Below are positions 8,204-15,356 of a DNA stretch of 64,000 nucleotides, piece after piece. Below the pieces are notes generated by a model. It ran no database searches, was not told where the DNA came from, and saw nothing but the letters and a program-made list of their open reading frames with translations. Numbering within the stretch: position 1 is the first letter of the stretch; each line of letters starts with the position of its first letter. This stretch comes from a virus. The stretch spans positions 33,490 to 97,489 of the IMG/VR virus record IMGVR_UViG_3300020034_000004; one strand, written 5' to 3'. Both the position numbers and the translations under genes were made by a program.

Positions 8204-8584
8204 TCAGTCCCACAGATGGGAAAAGTATTGTACAAAAAGCTGCAGCGCTTTGTTACGCTTTTCCTCAAGTGCTCGTGACCAAGCGTAATAATTATTATCA
8301 CTAAACTTGTAGGTATCCATGCTTTGCAGTTCAGCGTGAGCTTTGAAGCCGTCAATCATCTCGTCAAGAACAACAATCCACTCATCCATATTGACAAACC
8401 CGCCAGGAAAACCAGCGCCAGTCTTAAAACGTTCAAGACCACCGACAATCACAAAAGCGAGGTAGTCATTGAAATTCCAAAAATCATATTCGGAAAATCC
8501 ATTCTCACCACGCTGTTTTAGATGCTCTTTGCGCTCACTTGGCTCAACAAAATCACTTGGGTCTTTGAGACTCATCAACTTCAC
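8204..8584 (-). CDS. Hypothetical phage protein
   Basis: 126 aa; EW..VLDEMI..F...K.LQLF.QYF.HLWD pattern common in phage hypotheticals. Confidence 0.75.
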   Translation of the reverse strand: MKLMSLKDPSDFVEPSERKEHLKQRGENGFSEYDFWNFNDYLAFVIVGGLERFKTGAGFPGGFVNMDEWIVVLDEMIDGFKAHAELQSMDTYKFSDNNYYAWSRALEEKRNKALQLFVQYFSHLWD

Positions 8585-8753
8585 TCCAATCTAGACCCTG
8601 GGCGCACTCAAGGCACGCCGGTATTTGAGTAGTGTTGTCTCCATCGAAACCTTTAATGGTCAACCGCCCGGTTGCAGGCACGTTGTTACATAATGAACAG
8701 AACTCAACACGCTCAATTGCGTTTTGGTCCAAGGTCTCTATACTCACAATCAA
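8553..8753 (-). CDS. Small CxxC/CxxC zinc-binding protein
   Basis: CSLC...CLEC; AAGGT RBS. Confidence 0.55.
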   Translation of the reverse strand: MIVSIETLDQNAIERVEFCSLCNNVPATGRLTIKGFDGDNTTQIPACLECAQGLDWSEVDESQRPK

Positions 8754-8927
8754 CTACCTTTACTCCGAGGTTATCTCCAACACTAAACGTGTCTTGGACT
8801 GCATCCCATGCGTCACCTTCATCGAAGGCATCGATTTCGAGCTTCATTATTACTTCATAAATAAACTTCTTCATGGAGCTTAGTATAGCACTAAAGGATA
8901 TCTAATGCCATACCGGTTTTTCAATGA

Positions 8928-8974
8928 AAAGACCTAAGAGAACTCAAAGCCTTACCCTATTCTCTTAGGTCTTT
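8928..8974. terminator. 15-bp inverted repeat downstream of the tRNA at 8976
   Basis: AAAGACCTAAGAGAA ... TTCTCTTAGGTCTTT. Confidence 0.6.
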
Positions 8975-8975
8975 G

Positions 8976-9052
8976 CGCGAGTGAAGGGATTCGAACCCCC
9001 ATTTTCATTCCGTTATGCACTAATGGTTCGTAGCCACCGCCATTACACCCGC
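8976..9052 (-). tRNA. Non-canonical tRNA-Arg(ACG) with D-loop displaced to the variable region
   Basis: Intact 7-bp acceptor GCGGGTG/CACTCGC-G; U8A9; only 5 nt before the anticodon arm GGTGG-CT ACG AA-CCATT; then AGTGCATAACGGAATGAAAAT; canonical T-arm. Confidence 0.7.
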
Positions 9053-9083
9053 ATTGTAATCGAAACTGTGATATGATGTAGTC

Positions 9084-9605
9084 ATGAATAATAACAGTTC
9101 GAAACATACATGTTTGCAGTGTTTCAACGAAACAATGAATCCTAAATTCTGTTCACGTTCTTGCTCTGCAACCTATAATAATACTATCATGCCCAAGAGG
9201 CAGCGTCAAGTCTGGGTTTTCAATTGTTCTCGATGCAATAAGCCTCAAAAGAAAAAATCTTTATCTGGATTATGTTCAATTTGTTGGAATGATGAACAAG
9301 ATAAAATTGCTGGAGAAATGACTCTTGGAGAATCCATAAAAGAATTTGCAAATCCCAGAAGTCGATACAATACTGTTAGACATCATGGACGAAAACTTTC
9401 CAAAATTTATAATCAATGCCAAGTTTGTGGATATGATAAAGTTCTTCAAGTTTGCCACATCAGACCAGTCTCTTCATTTCCTCTTGATACCCAAATAAAA
9501 GAAATAAACGCACCTGATAATATTGCAATATTATGTCCCAATCATCATTGTGAACTTGACCGAGGATTACTCGCACCCTCTGAGATACCAAATCGAGCGG
9601 CATGA
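9084..9605 (+). CDS. HNH homing endonuclease, opposite strand
   Basis: KFCSRSC zinc knuckle; CQVCG...CHIRP...NIAILCPNHH. Confidence 0.85.
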   Translation: MNNNSSKHTCLQCFNETMNPKFCSRSCSATYNNTIMPKRQRQVWVFNCSRCNKPQKKKSLSGLCSICWNDEQDKIAGEMTLGESIKEFANPRSRYNTVRHHGRKLSKIYNQCQVCGYDKVLQVCHIRPVSSFPLDTQIKEINAPDNIAILCPNHHCELDRGLLAPSEIPNRAA

Positions 9606-9606
9606 G

Positions 9607-9711
9607 ATTGTCTGGTACTCGCCAGAAGCTCTACCATTGAGACTTACTCTGCACTTACCTAGGATGGAGAGCCCGGATTCGAACCGACAACCTCCGGGTT
9701 TCCCAGACAAT
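9607..9711 (-). ncRNA. Circularly permuted tRNA-like RNA (YrlA-like module without a Ro motif)
   Basis: Order is T-arm (GTCGG-TTCGAAT-CCGG), closed acceptor, D-arm (CTC-AATGGTA-GAG); clamped by 9-bp ATTGTCTGG/CCAGACAAT. Confidence 0.6.
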
Positions 9712-9715
9712 AACG

Positions 9716-9786
9716 AGCGGATAACAGGACTCGAACCTGCTTCTCAAGATTGGAAATCTTGGGCACAACCTATATACCATATCCGC
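9716..9786 (-). tRNA. tRNA-Gly(TCC)
   Basis: CAAGA-TT TCC AA-TCTTG; U73. Confidence 0.9.
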
Positions 9787-9844
9787 ATTTGGTTCCGTTG
9801 TTTTGTTAACAGTATGGCGGCTCAACGGTTTCCATAAATTCCGG

Positions 9845-9916
9845 TGCCAGCACAGAGACTTGAACTCTGTTCCTTGGGACTTCACTCCAAAGCATATCCA
9901 TACATGCTCTGCTGAC
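9845..9916 (-). tRNA. tRNA-Phe(GAA)
   Basis: TTGGA-GT GAA GT-CCCAA; acceptor GTCAGCA/TGCTGGC. Confidence 0.8.
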
Positions 9917-9969
9917 AGGCACCAGCGGGTACCGACGCTTCGGTATACGTTCCCTAACTGGTACTAACT

Positions 9970-9998
9970 ACTATAACATGTTTAAGAAGGCTTGTCAA
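9970..9998 (-). promoter_or_regulatory. sigma70-type promoter
   Basis: TTGACA-17-TATAGT with TGn. Confidence 0.75.
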
Positions 9999-10006
9999 GT
10001 ATCAAT

Positions 10007-10531
10007 TTATGTACCGTCGTACCAAGCAATTCCAAGAGCTAAATTGTATACCTGCTCCGAAGTCATATCATTAGCACTTTGTGTTATAGCCAAAACATCA
10101 TCTTCAACCAAAGTAGGATTGAATCTACCCCATCTTCGAATATCTTGAAAGTTACAAGCTAAACGAAGAGCGTGTCTTTTTCTTTTGAAGTCGTTACCCT
10201 CGGTTAGTGCAAATGATTTAATTGTCCTCAAATACCTTTCCCATACACCTGTACCAAGAACATAATTATTTCTAAATGCAGAAATCTTATCCCTTACCGG
10301 CATTTGACTCATCATAGCTTCACAGGCTTGTGGTACCCCAGACTCTACCTGCATCAGCCAAGTTCCAAAATCTACCACAACGGAATCAACTCCGTCAACA
10401 ATGCTTTGCTTAGCATATTTTGCTCTGGCAGTCTTGACCTTTGAAACGACGGTATAGTAGTCATAATCACTATTGTCATGGTGTAAACCATACAATCTAC
10501 TTCCATGAATTGTTTTGAACAATATTTCCAT
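10007..10531 (-). CDS. Pol-beta superfamily nucleotidyltransferase
   Basis: HGSRLYG...SDYD motif; start placed at MEILFK. Confidence 0.85.
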   Translation of the reverse strand: MEILFKTIHGSRLYGLHHDNSDYDYYTVVSKVKTARAKYAKQSIVDGVDSVVVDFGTWLMQVESGVPQACEAMMSQMPVRDKISAFRNNYVLGTGVWERYLRTIKSFALTEGNDFKRKRHALRLACNFQDIRRWGRFNPTLVEDDVLAITQSANDMTSEQVYNLALGIAWYDGT

Positions 10532-10541
10532 ACCGGCCCCC

Positions 10542-11399
10542 CTATCTCTTAGCCAACTTTCCATACTGTCCGTTAGCAGTTGCACACACACCGGTAGTTG
10601 CATAGAATGGGTTACTGGCCGGTACATTAACTAAACTTGGGTAATAATAATGCATATAATACTGCCAAACATATGCCATACGTAAATGTCCACAAGAACT
10701 AGCATGAATCTTATCAGTATTTAGGTCTTTGACTTCATCACCAATAATATTCATAGGAACATACTTAACATATGAAGGATTCGCATTCGCTACCGCCAAA
10801 ATCTTGCTGTTCAATTCAGCCCACTTAGCGTGAGGAGACTTAATCAGACTTGCCAAAAAGACAATGGTGTCTGGACTAGCCAAATGAATACGAGTAACTA
10901 ATAGCTGGATTCTATTCTGTACGTTAGGAATATCATAGTTCTGGGCCAAATCATTCGTACCGGCGTGAATCAAAACATACTTTGGCTTATAAAGAATGAC
11001 TCGATTAGCAACAACGGTACTCAATTCGTCAATTCGCCAACCAGAATGTCCTTCATGATTGTTGTCACCCATTACCTGGAAAGCAGTCTTATGACACTTA
11101 TATGGGAGCCATGGACTAATTGGACATTGACCAACCATATTTGGCTTCTGCATACCGCCCGCGTTGAGTCCCTGAACCAATGGTCCTCGGTAACCGTCAG
11201 TAGCATCTACATACTGGCCGGTAGAATTGGTATGAGGATTATAACCCCATGTGTTTGAATCGCCCAAGGGCATAATATTTGTGTATTCATCAATAAGAGT
11301 CGTCTTGAGTGTAAATGGTCGAGGAGATACCTTCGCTTCGGCTGGTGCAGTTAACACGAACGACATCAACATCAACATAATCGAGAATAGCGTCTTCAT
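10542..11399 (-). CDS. Secreted SGNH/GDSL esterase
   Basis: Signal peptide; GDSNT, GHSG, HAGTND, DKIH blocks. Confidence 0.85.
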   Translation of the reverse strand: MKTLFSIMLMLMSFVLTAPAEAKVSPRPFTLKTTLIDEYTNIMPLGDSNTWGYNPHTNSTGQYVDATDGYRGPLVQGLNAGGMQKPNMVGQCPISPWLPYKCHKTAFQVMGDNNHEGHSGWRIDELSTVVANRVILYKPKYVLIHAGTNDLAQNYDIPNVQNRIQLLVTRIHLASPDTIVFLASLIKSPHAKWAELNSKILAVANANPSYVKYVPMNIIGDEVKDLNTDKIHASSCGHLRMAYVWQYYMHYYYPSLVNVPASNPFYATTGVCATANGQYGKLAKR

Positions 11400-11552
11400 G
11401 ATTCCCCTATCTAAGTATAACTCATTATTGAATGACGTAGAATTCTCCCGCTTTATACGGAGTACTCCAAATTGCAGTTTCAAAGCGTCCAAGATTTTCA
11501 ATGTTAAATCTCTCCAAGGTGACGCCTTTCTAACGACCTAATACAAGCATAC

Positions 11553-11590
11553 AGGTGGGAGCGGTACCTGTCAAGGCCCTACTCCCACCT
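11553..11590 (-). terminator. Hairpin after the Ro60 C-terminal gene
   Basis: AGGTGGGAG/CTCCCACCT inverted repeat. Confidence 0.5.
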
Positions 11591-11596
11591 ATATTA

Positions 11597-12685
11597 TCAG
11601 ATTCTACCGGCTGAGAAATCCGCTAGGACTCTTGGAGCCGCTGCATCAAATCCAACGAAGTCCATCATGATTCCTGGCATCGTTGGGTCCGCAATTGTGA
11701 ACTCAGTACCAGCAAAAGCAACTACAGCTAGTCTTGAGTCGCGACCAGAAGTCTGACGATACTTAACTAGGGACTGTGCTGGCTTCTCTGGCCCGGCCCA
11801 AGTTTCGTTATCGGTAAATACCATGAATGTATCAATGTTCTTGTTCTTCTCACGTGCGTGACGCATTGGCGCAGAACAATCAGTACCGCCTCCACTAAAG
11901 CGGCTAATTTTTTCCTTCACTGTTTCCAAAGAGTCGCGGTCAGAGACATTGACTGTCTTGACTTTCTCCACGTAAGTGCCAAAAGCATTGATTTCAACAT
12001 ATGGCTCTGTACGCAGAGTAACCATTGCCATTACTGCAGCAGCCCCGGCGTAGTCCATACCAACCAGACCAGCAGGAGCACCCCACGTCATGGACGCGGA
12101 AGTGTCAATGCTAATCATTGTGCGCTTGTTGGCAGGTTCAATTGTCTGGAAGGCGCTATAGAAACCATCTTCCAAGGCACCCAGAACTTTAGCGTTAACT
12201 GCCCATTCGCGATGACGAACTCCATAACCTCCCTGCGCGAGCGGACCTTTACCATAAATACCCAATGCGTTTGCGTAGGCAACTGGATGAACTCGACCAT
12301 TGATAATTCTCTCTTCGTTGGCCAGAGCCTGAGCCACATCGCCAGCGAACTTCAAATCATCAAACGCACCAATCTTAGCGAAACGAGTTACATTTCGTAA
12401 AAGTGCAGTTTGTCCCAATGCTCCATCGTAGAATAGAGTCTTCCAGACCTCTGCTTCTTTTAGGAACTGAGTTGGAACTGCTTCCCATGGAAGGTTCTTA
12501 TGAATCCTCAATGCATTCAGAACTTCTGACACATTCTGCGCAGACTGAACCATCTGAAATCCATGCAAAATCTCAGGAGCATCTTTAGAAATCTCTCCCT
12601 TAAGGATAAAGTCTCCCACCCTTGGGTTTATACCCTTCGGATGAGCTAGTCTAAACAAATCGGCGTGTCGCCATGTGTTACTCAT
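11597..12685 (-). CDS. rsr: Ro60/TROVE protein, C-terminal part (rest of HEAT ring plus vWA domain)
   Basis: WRHADLFRLAHPK, LPWE, ALLRN, RVHP, MIDAS DTSASM, GGGTDCSAPM, FTDNETW, MDFVGFD. Confidence 0.92.
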   Translation of the reverse strand: MSNTWRHADLFRLAHPKGINPRVGDFILKGEISKDAPEILHGFQMVQSAQNVSEVLNALRIHKNLPWEAVPTQFLKEAEVWKTLFYDGALGQTALLRNVTRFAKIGAFDDLKFAGDVAQALANEERIINGRVHPVAYANALGIYGKGPLAQGGYGVRHREWAVNAKVLGALEDGFYSAFQTIEPANKRTMISIDTSASMTWGAPAGLVGMDYAGAAAVMAMVTLRTEPYVEINAFGTYVEKVKTVNVSDRDSLETVKEKISRFSGGGTDCSAPMRHAREKNKNIDTFMVFTDNETWAGPEKPAQSLVKYRQTSGRDSRLAVVAFAGTEFTIADPTMPGIMMDFVGFDAAAPRVLADFSAGRI

Positions 12686-12717
12686 ATTTTTCCTTTCGGC
12701 TCACTATCAGTGAGCAT
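12686..12717 (-). promoter_or_regulatory. Leader hairpin and RBS, Y-RNA-mimic operator candidate (copy 2)
   Basis: ATGCTCA-ctgatag-TGAGC-CGAAAGGAAAAAT-ATG. Confidence 0.65.
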
Positions 12718-12844
12718 AATATAATAAATTCTTCACCAGAAATATGCATGTATCCCCATCGGGTAGAGCCATACTTTGATGATTTTGAACAGCAATGCGT
12801 AGATTGGGTACCTAACAATATCTGAATATTGTGAAATCCAATTG

Positions 12845-13396
12845 TTAGACAGTGCGTGACCTATACTTCACGGCTTGATAAGCCAACTGCTCAGGAGTCT
12901 TTGATTCATACCATCCTGCTACCGCTGCCCTCTTGGAACGACCCCAGCCACCAAATGCCTTGACGTAAGATGCGAACTCGAATAGATGAGTAGAAGTACG
13001 AACTACCTTATTTACCGCCGCGCGAGCGTATGCCTTGTCCTGACCTTCAAAGAAGACCAATGCAAGAGTAAAGATAGTAGGTGACTGCTTCGCTGCGCGG
13101 TTGTTGACTGATACGTCAACAACGGTATCGACAACCTCACGCTCATTGATTTTAATCATTTCCTTAACAAAGTCAACATTCTGCTTCGTTAGGTCTGATT
13201 CACCAACGTAATAGGTGCCTGAATCGGTACCCAGAATAAGAAATCGTTCCAACCTGTCCTTATCTGATACCTTGAACACAAACCCACCGGCACTGTTTAA
13301 GACTTCGTCAGTCCTGCCTGGTGTGCGCTCGCTCTGTGGTGTAGAACCCTTACGGTTACGCTGAGTAGCGGCGGTACGTGTTAATGCGTTTGACAT
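12845..13396 (-). CDS. rsr: Ro60/TROVE protein, N-terminal part
   Basis: NSAGGFVF, RLERFLILGT..GTYY, RTSTHLFEF, GWGRSKR, LAYQAVKYRSR. Confidence 0.92.
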   Translation of the reverse strand: MSNALTRTAATQRNRKGSTPQSERTPGRTDEVLNSAGGFVFKVSDKDRLERFLILGTDSGTYYVGESDLTKQNVDFVKEMIKINEREVVDTVVDVSVNNRAAKQSPTIFTLALVFFEGQDKAYARAAVNKVVRTSTHLFEFASYVKAFGGWGRSKRAAVAGWYESKTPEQLAYQAVKYRSRTV

Positions 13397-13432
13397 AATA
13401 TTTCCCTTTCGGCTCATTCGCTATATGAGCAT
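13397..13432 (-). promoter_or_regulatory. Leader hairpin and RBS, Y-RNA-mimic operator candidate (copy 1)
   Basis: ATGCTCA-tatagcgaa-TGAGC-CGAAAGGGAAATATT-ATG. Confidence 0.65.
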
Positions 13433-13448
13433 TAGATAGGTGAGCTAA

Positions 13449-13592
13449 CTATTCATCCAGACTGGCATGAATTACGTTTCTTATATCTTCCTGAAGTTGA
13501 TTGGTTCTCTCATGAGTCCAATACCCGTCGCCTCTTGCGAACGCCTCGACGAATGCGAATCCCAGGGCAACTTCTAAATTTTCTTTGTTCAC
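13449..13592 (-). CDS. 47-aa hypothetical protein starting immediately after tRNA-Ile
   Basis: Manual translation VNKENLEVALGFAFVEAFARGDGYWTHERTNQLQEDIRNVIHASLDE*. Confidence 0.45.
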   Translation of the reverse strand: MNKENLEVALGFAFVEAFARGDGYWTHERTNQLQEDIRNVIHASLDE

Positions 13593-13593
13593 G

Positions 13594-13666
13594 TGCGCCA
13601 GGTCGGGGTCGAACCGACATCAACCTGTATATAAGACAGGGACACTTACCTTTGTGCTACCGGCGC
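13594..13666 (-). tRNA. tRNA-Ile(TAT)
   Basis: CCTGT-CT TAT AT-ACAGG; acceptor GCGCCGG/CTGGCGC-A. Confidence 0.85.
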
Positions 13667-14060
13667 GCTTGAGATATGCCAATGCTTTCTCAAGACCCTC
13701 GATGTTATCACCAAGCATCCCAATTCCAACATTGCAATTCCCACAAAGACCACCACGAAACAATCCAGTCTTATGGTTATGGTCGATTACAATTGCAGGT
13801 CTAAGTTCACATGAGTAGCATAGACCACTCAACGCTTCTTGAACCTGCTCAAGAGGTATGTTGTACTTCTGGGCCTTGTGCTTACCTGTTGCCTTGTAAG
13901 CACTGACTCTATCACGTTGCTTCTGGCGATTGCTACCCTTTGAGTAGTACTCTCGCTGATAAGCATTGTGACACACTTTGCACTTGCCAGTCAACTTACC
14001 TCGCTTGGTAGCGAATTCAGATTCTGGCTTCTCTTTATTACACTCAATACAAATCTTCAT
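13620..14060 (-). CDS. Endonuclease VII-like homing endonuclease
   Basis: CIEC...CKVC; DHNHKTGLFRGGLCGNCNVGIG; 3' end runs into tRNA-Ile. Confidence 0.85.
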   Translation of the reverse strand: MKICIECNKEKPESEFATKRGKLTGKCKVCHNAYQREYYSKGSNRQKQRDRVSAYKATGKHKAQKYNIPLEQVQEALSGLCYSCELRPAIVIDHNHKTGLFRGGLCGNCNVGIGMLGDNIEGLEKALAYLKRAGSTKVSVPVLYTG

Positions 14061-14171
14061 ATTTGGATTATATCAAGGATTATATCCTAAAACCAAAACT
14101 AAAGACCCGATACCGTAGAGTGAGGTTATCACTTATTCGTATCGAGTCCTGTGCACTTTTTACAGTGCCAG

Positions 14172-14262
14172 CGGAAGCGGGGTGGTTTCGAACCCCCAAG
14201 GGCCATAAGCCTCGCTCGCTTTCAAGGCGAGTGCCGTCGTCCAAAATTCGGCTTGCGCTTCC
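14172..14262 (-). tRNA. tRNA-Ser(TGA)
   Basis: CTCGC-CT TGA AA-GCGAG; long variable arm; G73. Confidence 0.9.
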
Positions 14263-14265
14263 ATG

Positions 14266-14330
14266 ACCAGATATGTTGATTGAGAACGTGTTTATTTGTT
14301 TGAAAGATAAACGTACTCATTCGACCCGGT
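14266..14330 (-). ncRNA. Short Y RNA (Ro-binding stem only)
   Basis: 5' CCGGGUCGAAUG...UUAUC...AACAUAUCUGG 3'; contains the GNCGAAN(0-1)G Ro motif. Confidence 0.75.
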
Positions 14331-14406
14331 TGGTGGGCGTGGGGAATTTCGAAATCCCGACCTCTTCGGTGTAAACGAAGCGCTCTTCCTCTGAGACTAC
14401 ACGCCC
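14331..14406 (-). tRNA. tRNA-Val(TAC), CCA encoded
   Basis: TTCG-TT TAC AC-CGAA. Confidence 0.9.
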
Positions 14407-14437
14407 AAGATATTTAATTGTTATCGAATTGTTATTA

Positions 14438-14562
14438 TTGAGGATATGTTATAGAAATCGAGTTTTTAACGCTCTTCCATTAAGCTACAGACCGAAGTCC
14501 AGTGGGATTCGAACCCACATCTCTCTTTTGACATAAGATAATCGAATTCATTCGACCCTCAA
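14438..14562 (-). ncRNA. yrlA: YrlA-type Y RNA with full tRNA-like domain
   Basis: GAGGGUCGAAUG 5' strand; T-arm GUGGG-UUCGAAU-CCCAC; UUCG-closed acceptor; D-arm UAGCUUAAUGGAAGAGC; 3' AACAUAUCCUC. Confidence 0.88.
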
Positions 14563-14582
14563 ACTTATGGTATCTCTAACGG

Positions 14583-14654
14583 CGGCCCCGACGAGAGTTG
14601 AACTCGCTCTAACACCTTGACAGGGTGACGTGCGCACCGGTACACTACGGAACC
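14583..14654 (-). tRNA. tRNA-Asp(GTC)
   Basis: CACC-CT GTC AA-GGTG; G73. Confidence 0.9.
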
Positions 14655-14660
14655 ATTTCA

Positions 14661-14801
14661 TCATTCAGAACATTTATTACCATAATGGTTAAGCACATCC
14701 ATCTTAACAGACAATCTTCGAACTTTCAAATAGTCTCGTTGCTTTTGCCTATTATTTTGTCTATACTTTGCTTGGGACACTTTACGTTTCTCTTCATCCA
14801 T
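14661..14801 (-). pseudogene. Truncated HNH endonuclease N-terminus
   Basis: MDEEKRK...VLNHYGNKCSE* stops where the second Cys of CxxC is expected. Confidence 0.55.
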
Positions 14802-14927
14802 AGTAATATAGTATCATTATATATAATCTCCATCACAGGCCAAATTTGGTGGGACATTATAAAGGGCTGTCCCGGTTACCCTGTTATATCATACCACGTT
14901 TCGAACCGCAATACAATACCTACGTTA

Positions 14928-15049
14928 TGATGGACATGTTATGGTTTCGGAGATTGTCCCGGCTTCCCGTGGGACTATAAAGGACTCGAACCTTCTGCCG
15001 TTTATATACCATTTATATGTGAGATAACCGAAAATCCTTCGGCCCATCA
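14928..15049 (-). ncRNA. Y RNA with T-arm and degenerate tRNA-like domain
   Basis: GAUGGGCCGAAGG...UUAUC...GAAGG-UUCGAGU-CCUUU...AACAUGUCCAUC. Confidence 0.78.
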
Positions 15050-15072
15050 AGCTTGTTGGTTTTTAGACCAAG

Positions 15073-15147
15073 TGGGAAAGGTCGGATTCGAACCGACGCC
15101 CTTTCGCGTATCAGACGATTGCTCCAACCAGACTGAGCTACTCTCCC
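15073..15147 (-). tRNA. tRNA-Ile(GAT)
   Basis: Loop CT GAT AC; canonical D and T arms. Confidence 0.9.
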
Positions 15148-15182
15148 ATTGGGTTGGTTTGAGAAACCATTTCCTAAAACAG

Positions 15183-15255
15183 TGCGGATGGTGGGATTCG
15201 AACCGACGCGCTCTTGTATCCAAAACAAGCAGGCTGCCCTACACCCACAATTCCA
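15183..15255 (-). tRNA. Degenerate tRNA-Pro(TGG)
   Basis: CTTGT-TT TGG AT-ACAAG and T-loop present; acceptor stem pairs poorly. Confidence 0.5.
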
Positions 15256-15267
15256 TATTACCTCAAG

Positions 15268-15339
15268 TCGGGTACCCCAGGGTCGAACTGGGTTTCTTCT
15301 GTTCCCAAAACAGACGGATTACCGTCTTCCTCGTACCCG
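15268..15339 (-). tRNA. tRNA-Pro(TGG)
   Basis: CGGGTAC/GTACCCG-A; TCTGT-TT TGG GA-ACAGA. Confidence 0.9.
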
Positions 15340-15356
15340 AAACCGTTTATTTTTAT

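Noticed and set aside
12686-12844. Group I intron or sequencing error explaining the Ro split
   Set aside because: 159 nt is short for a group I core, and no U|...G| junction restores KYRSR-NT-W. Several in-frame stops and a dedicated RBS with the duplicated leader argue for separate translation. Ribosomal bypassing is not excluded (the stop lies in a CTAACAAT/ATTGTTAG hairpin), but I found no matching landing codon.
14835-14925. Possible additional degenerate Y RNA
   Set aside because: Has a T-loop-like GGTTCGAAA and a GGGACA/TGTCCC hairpin, but no Ro motif or closing helix.
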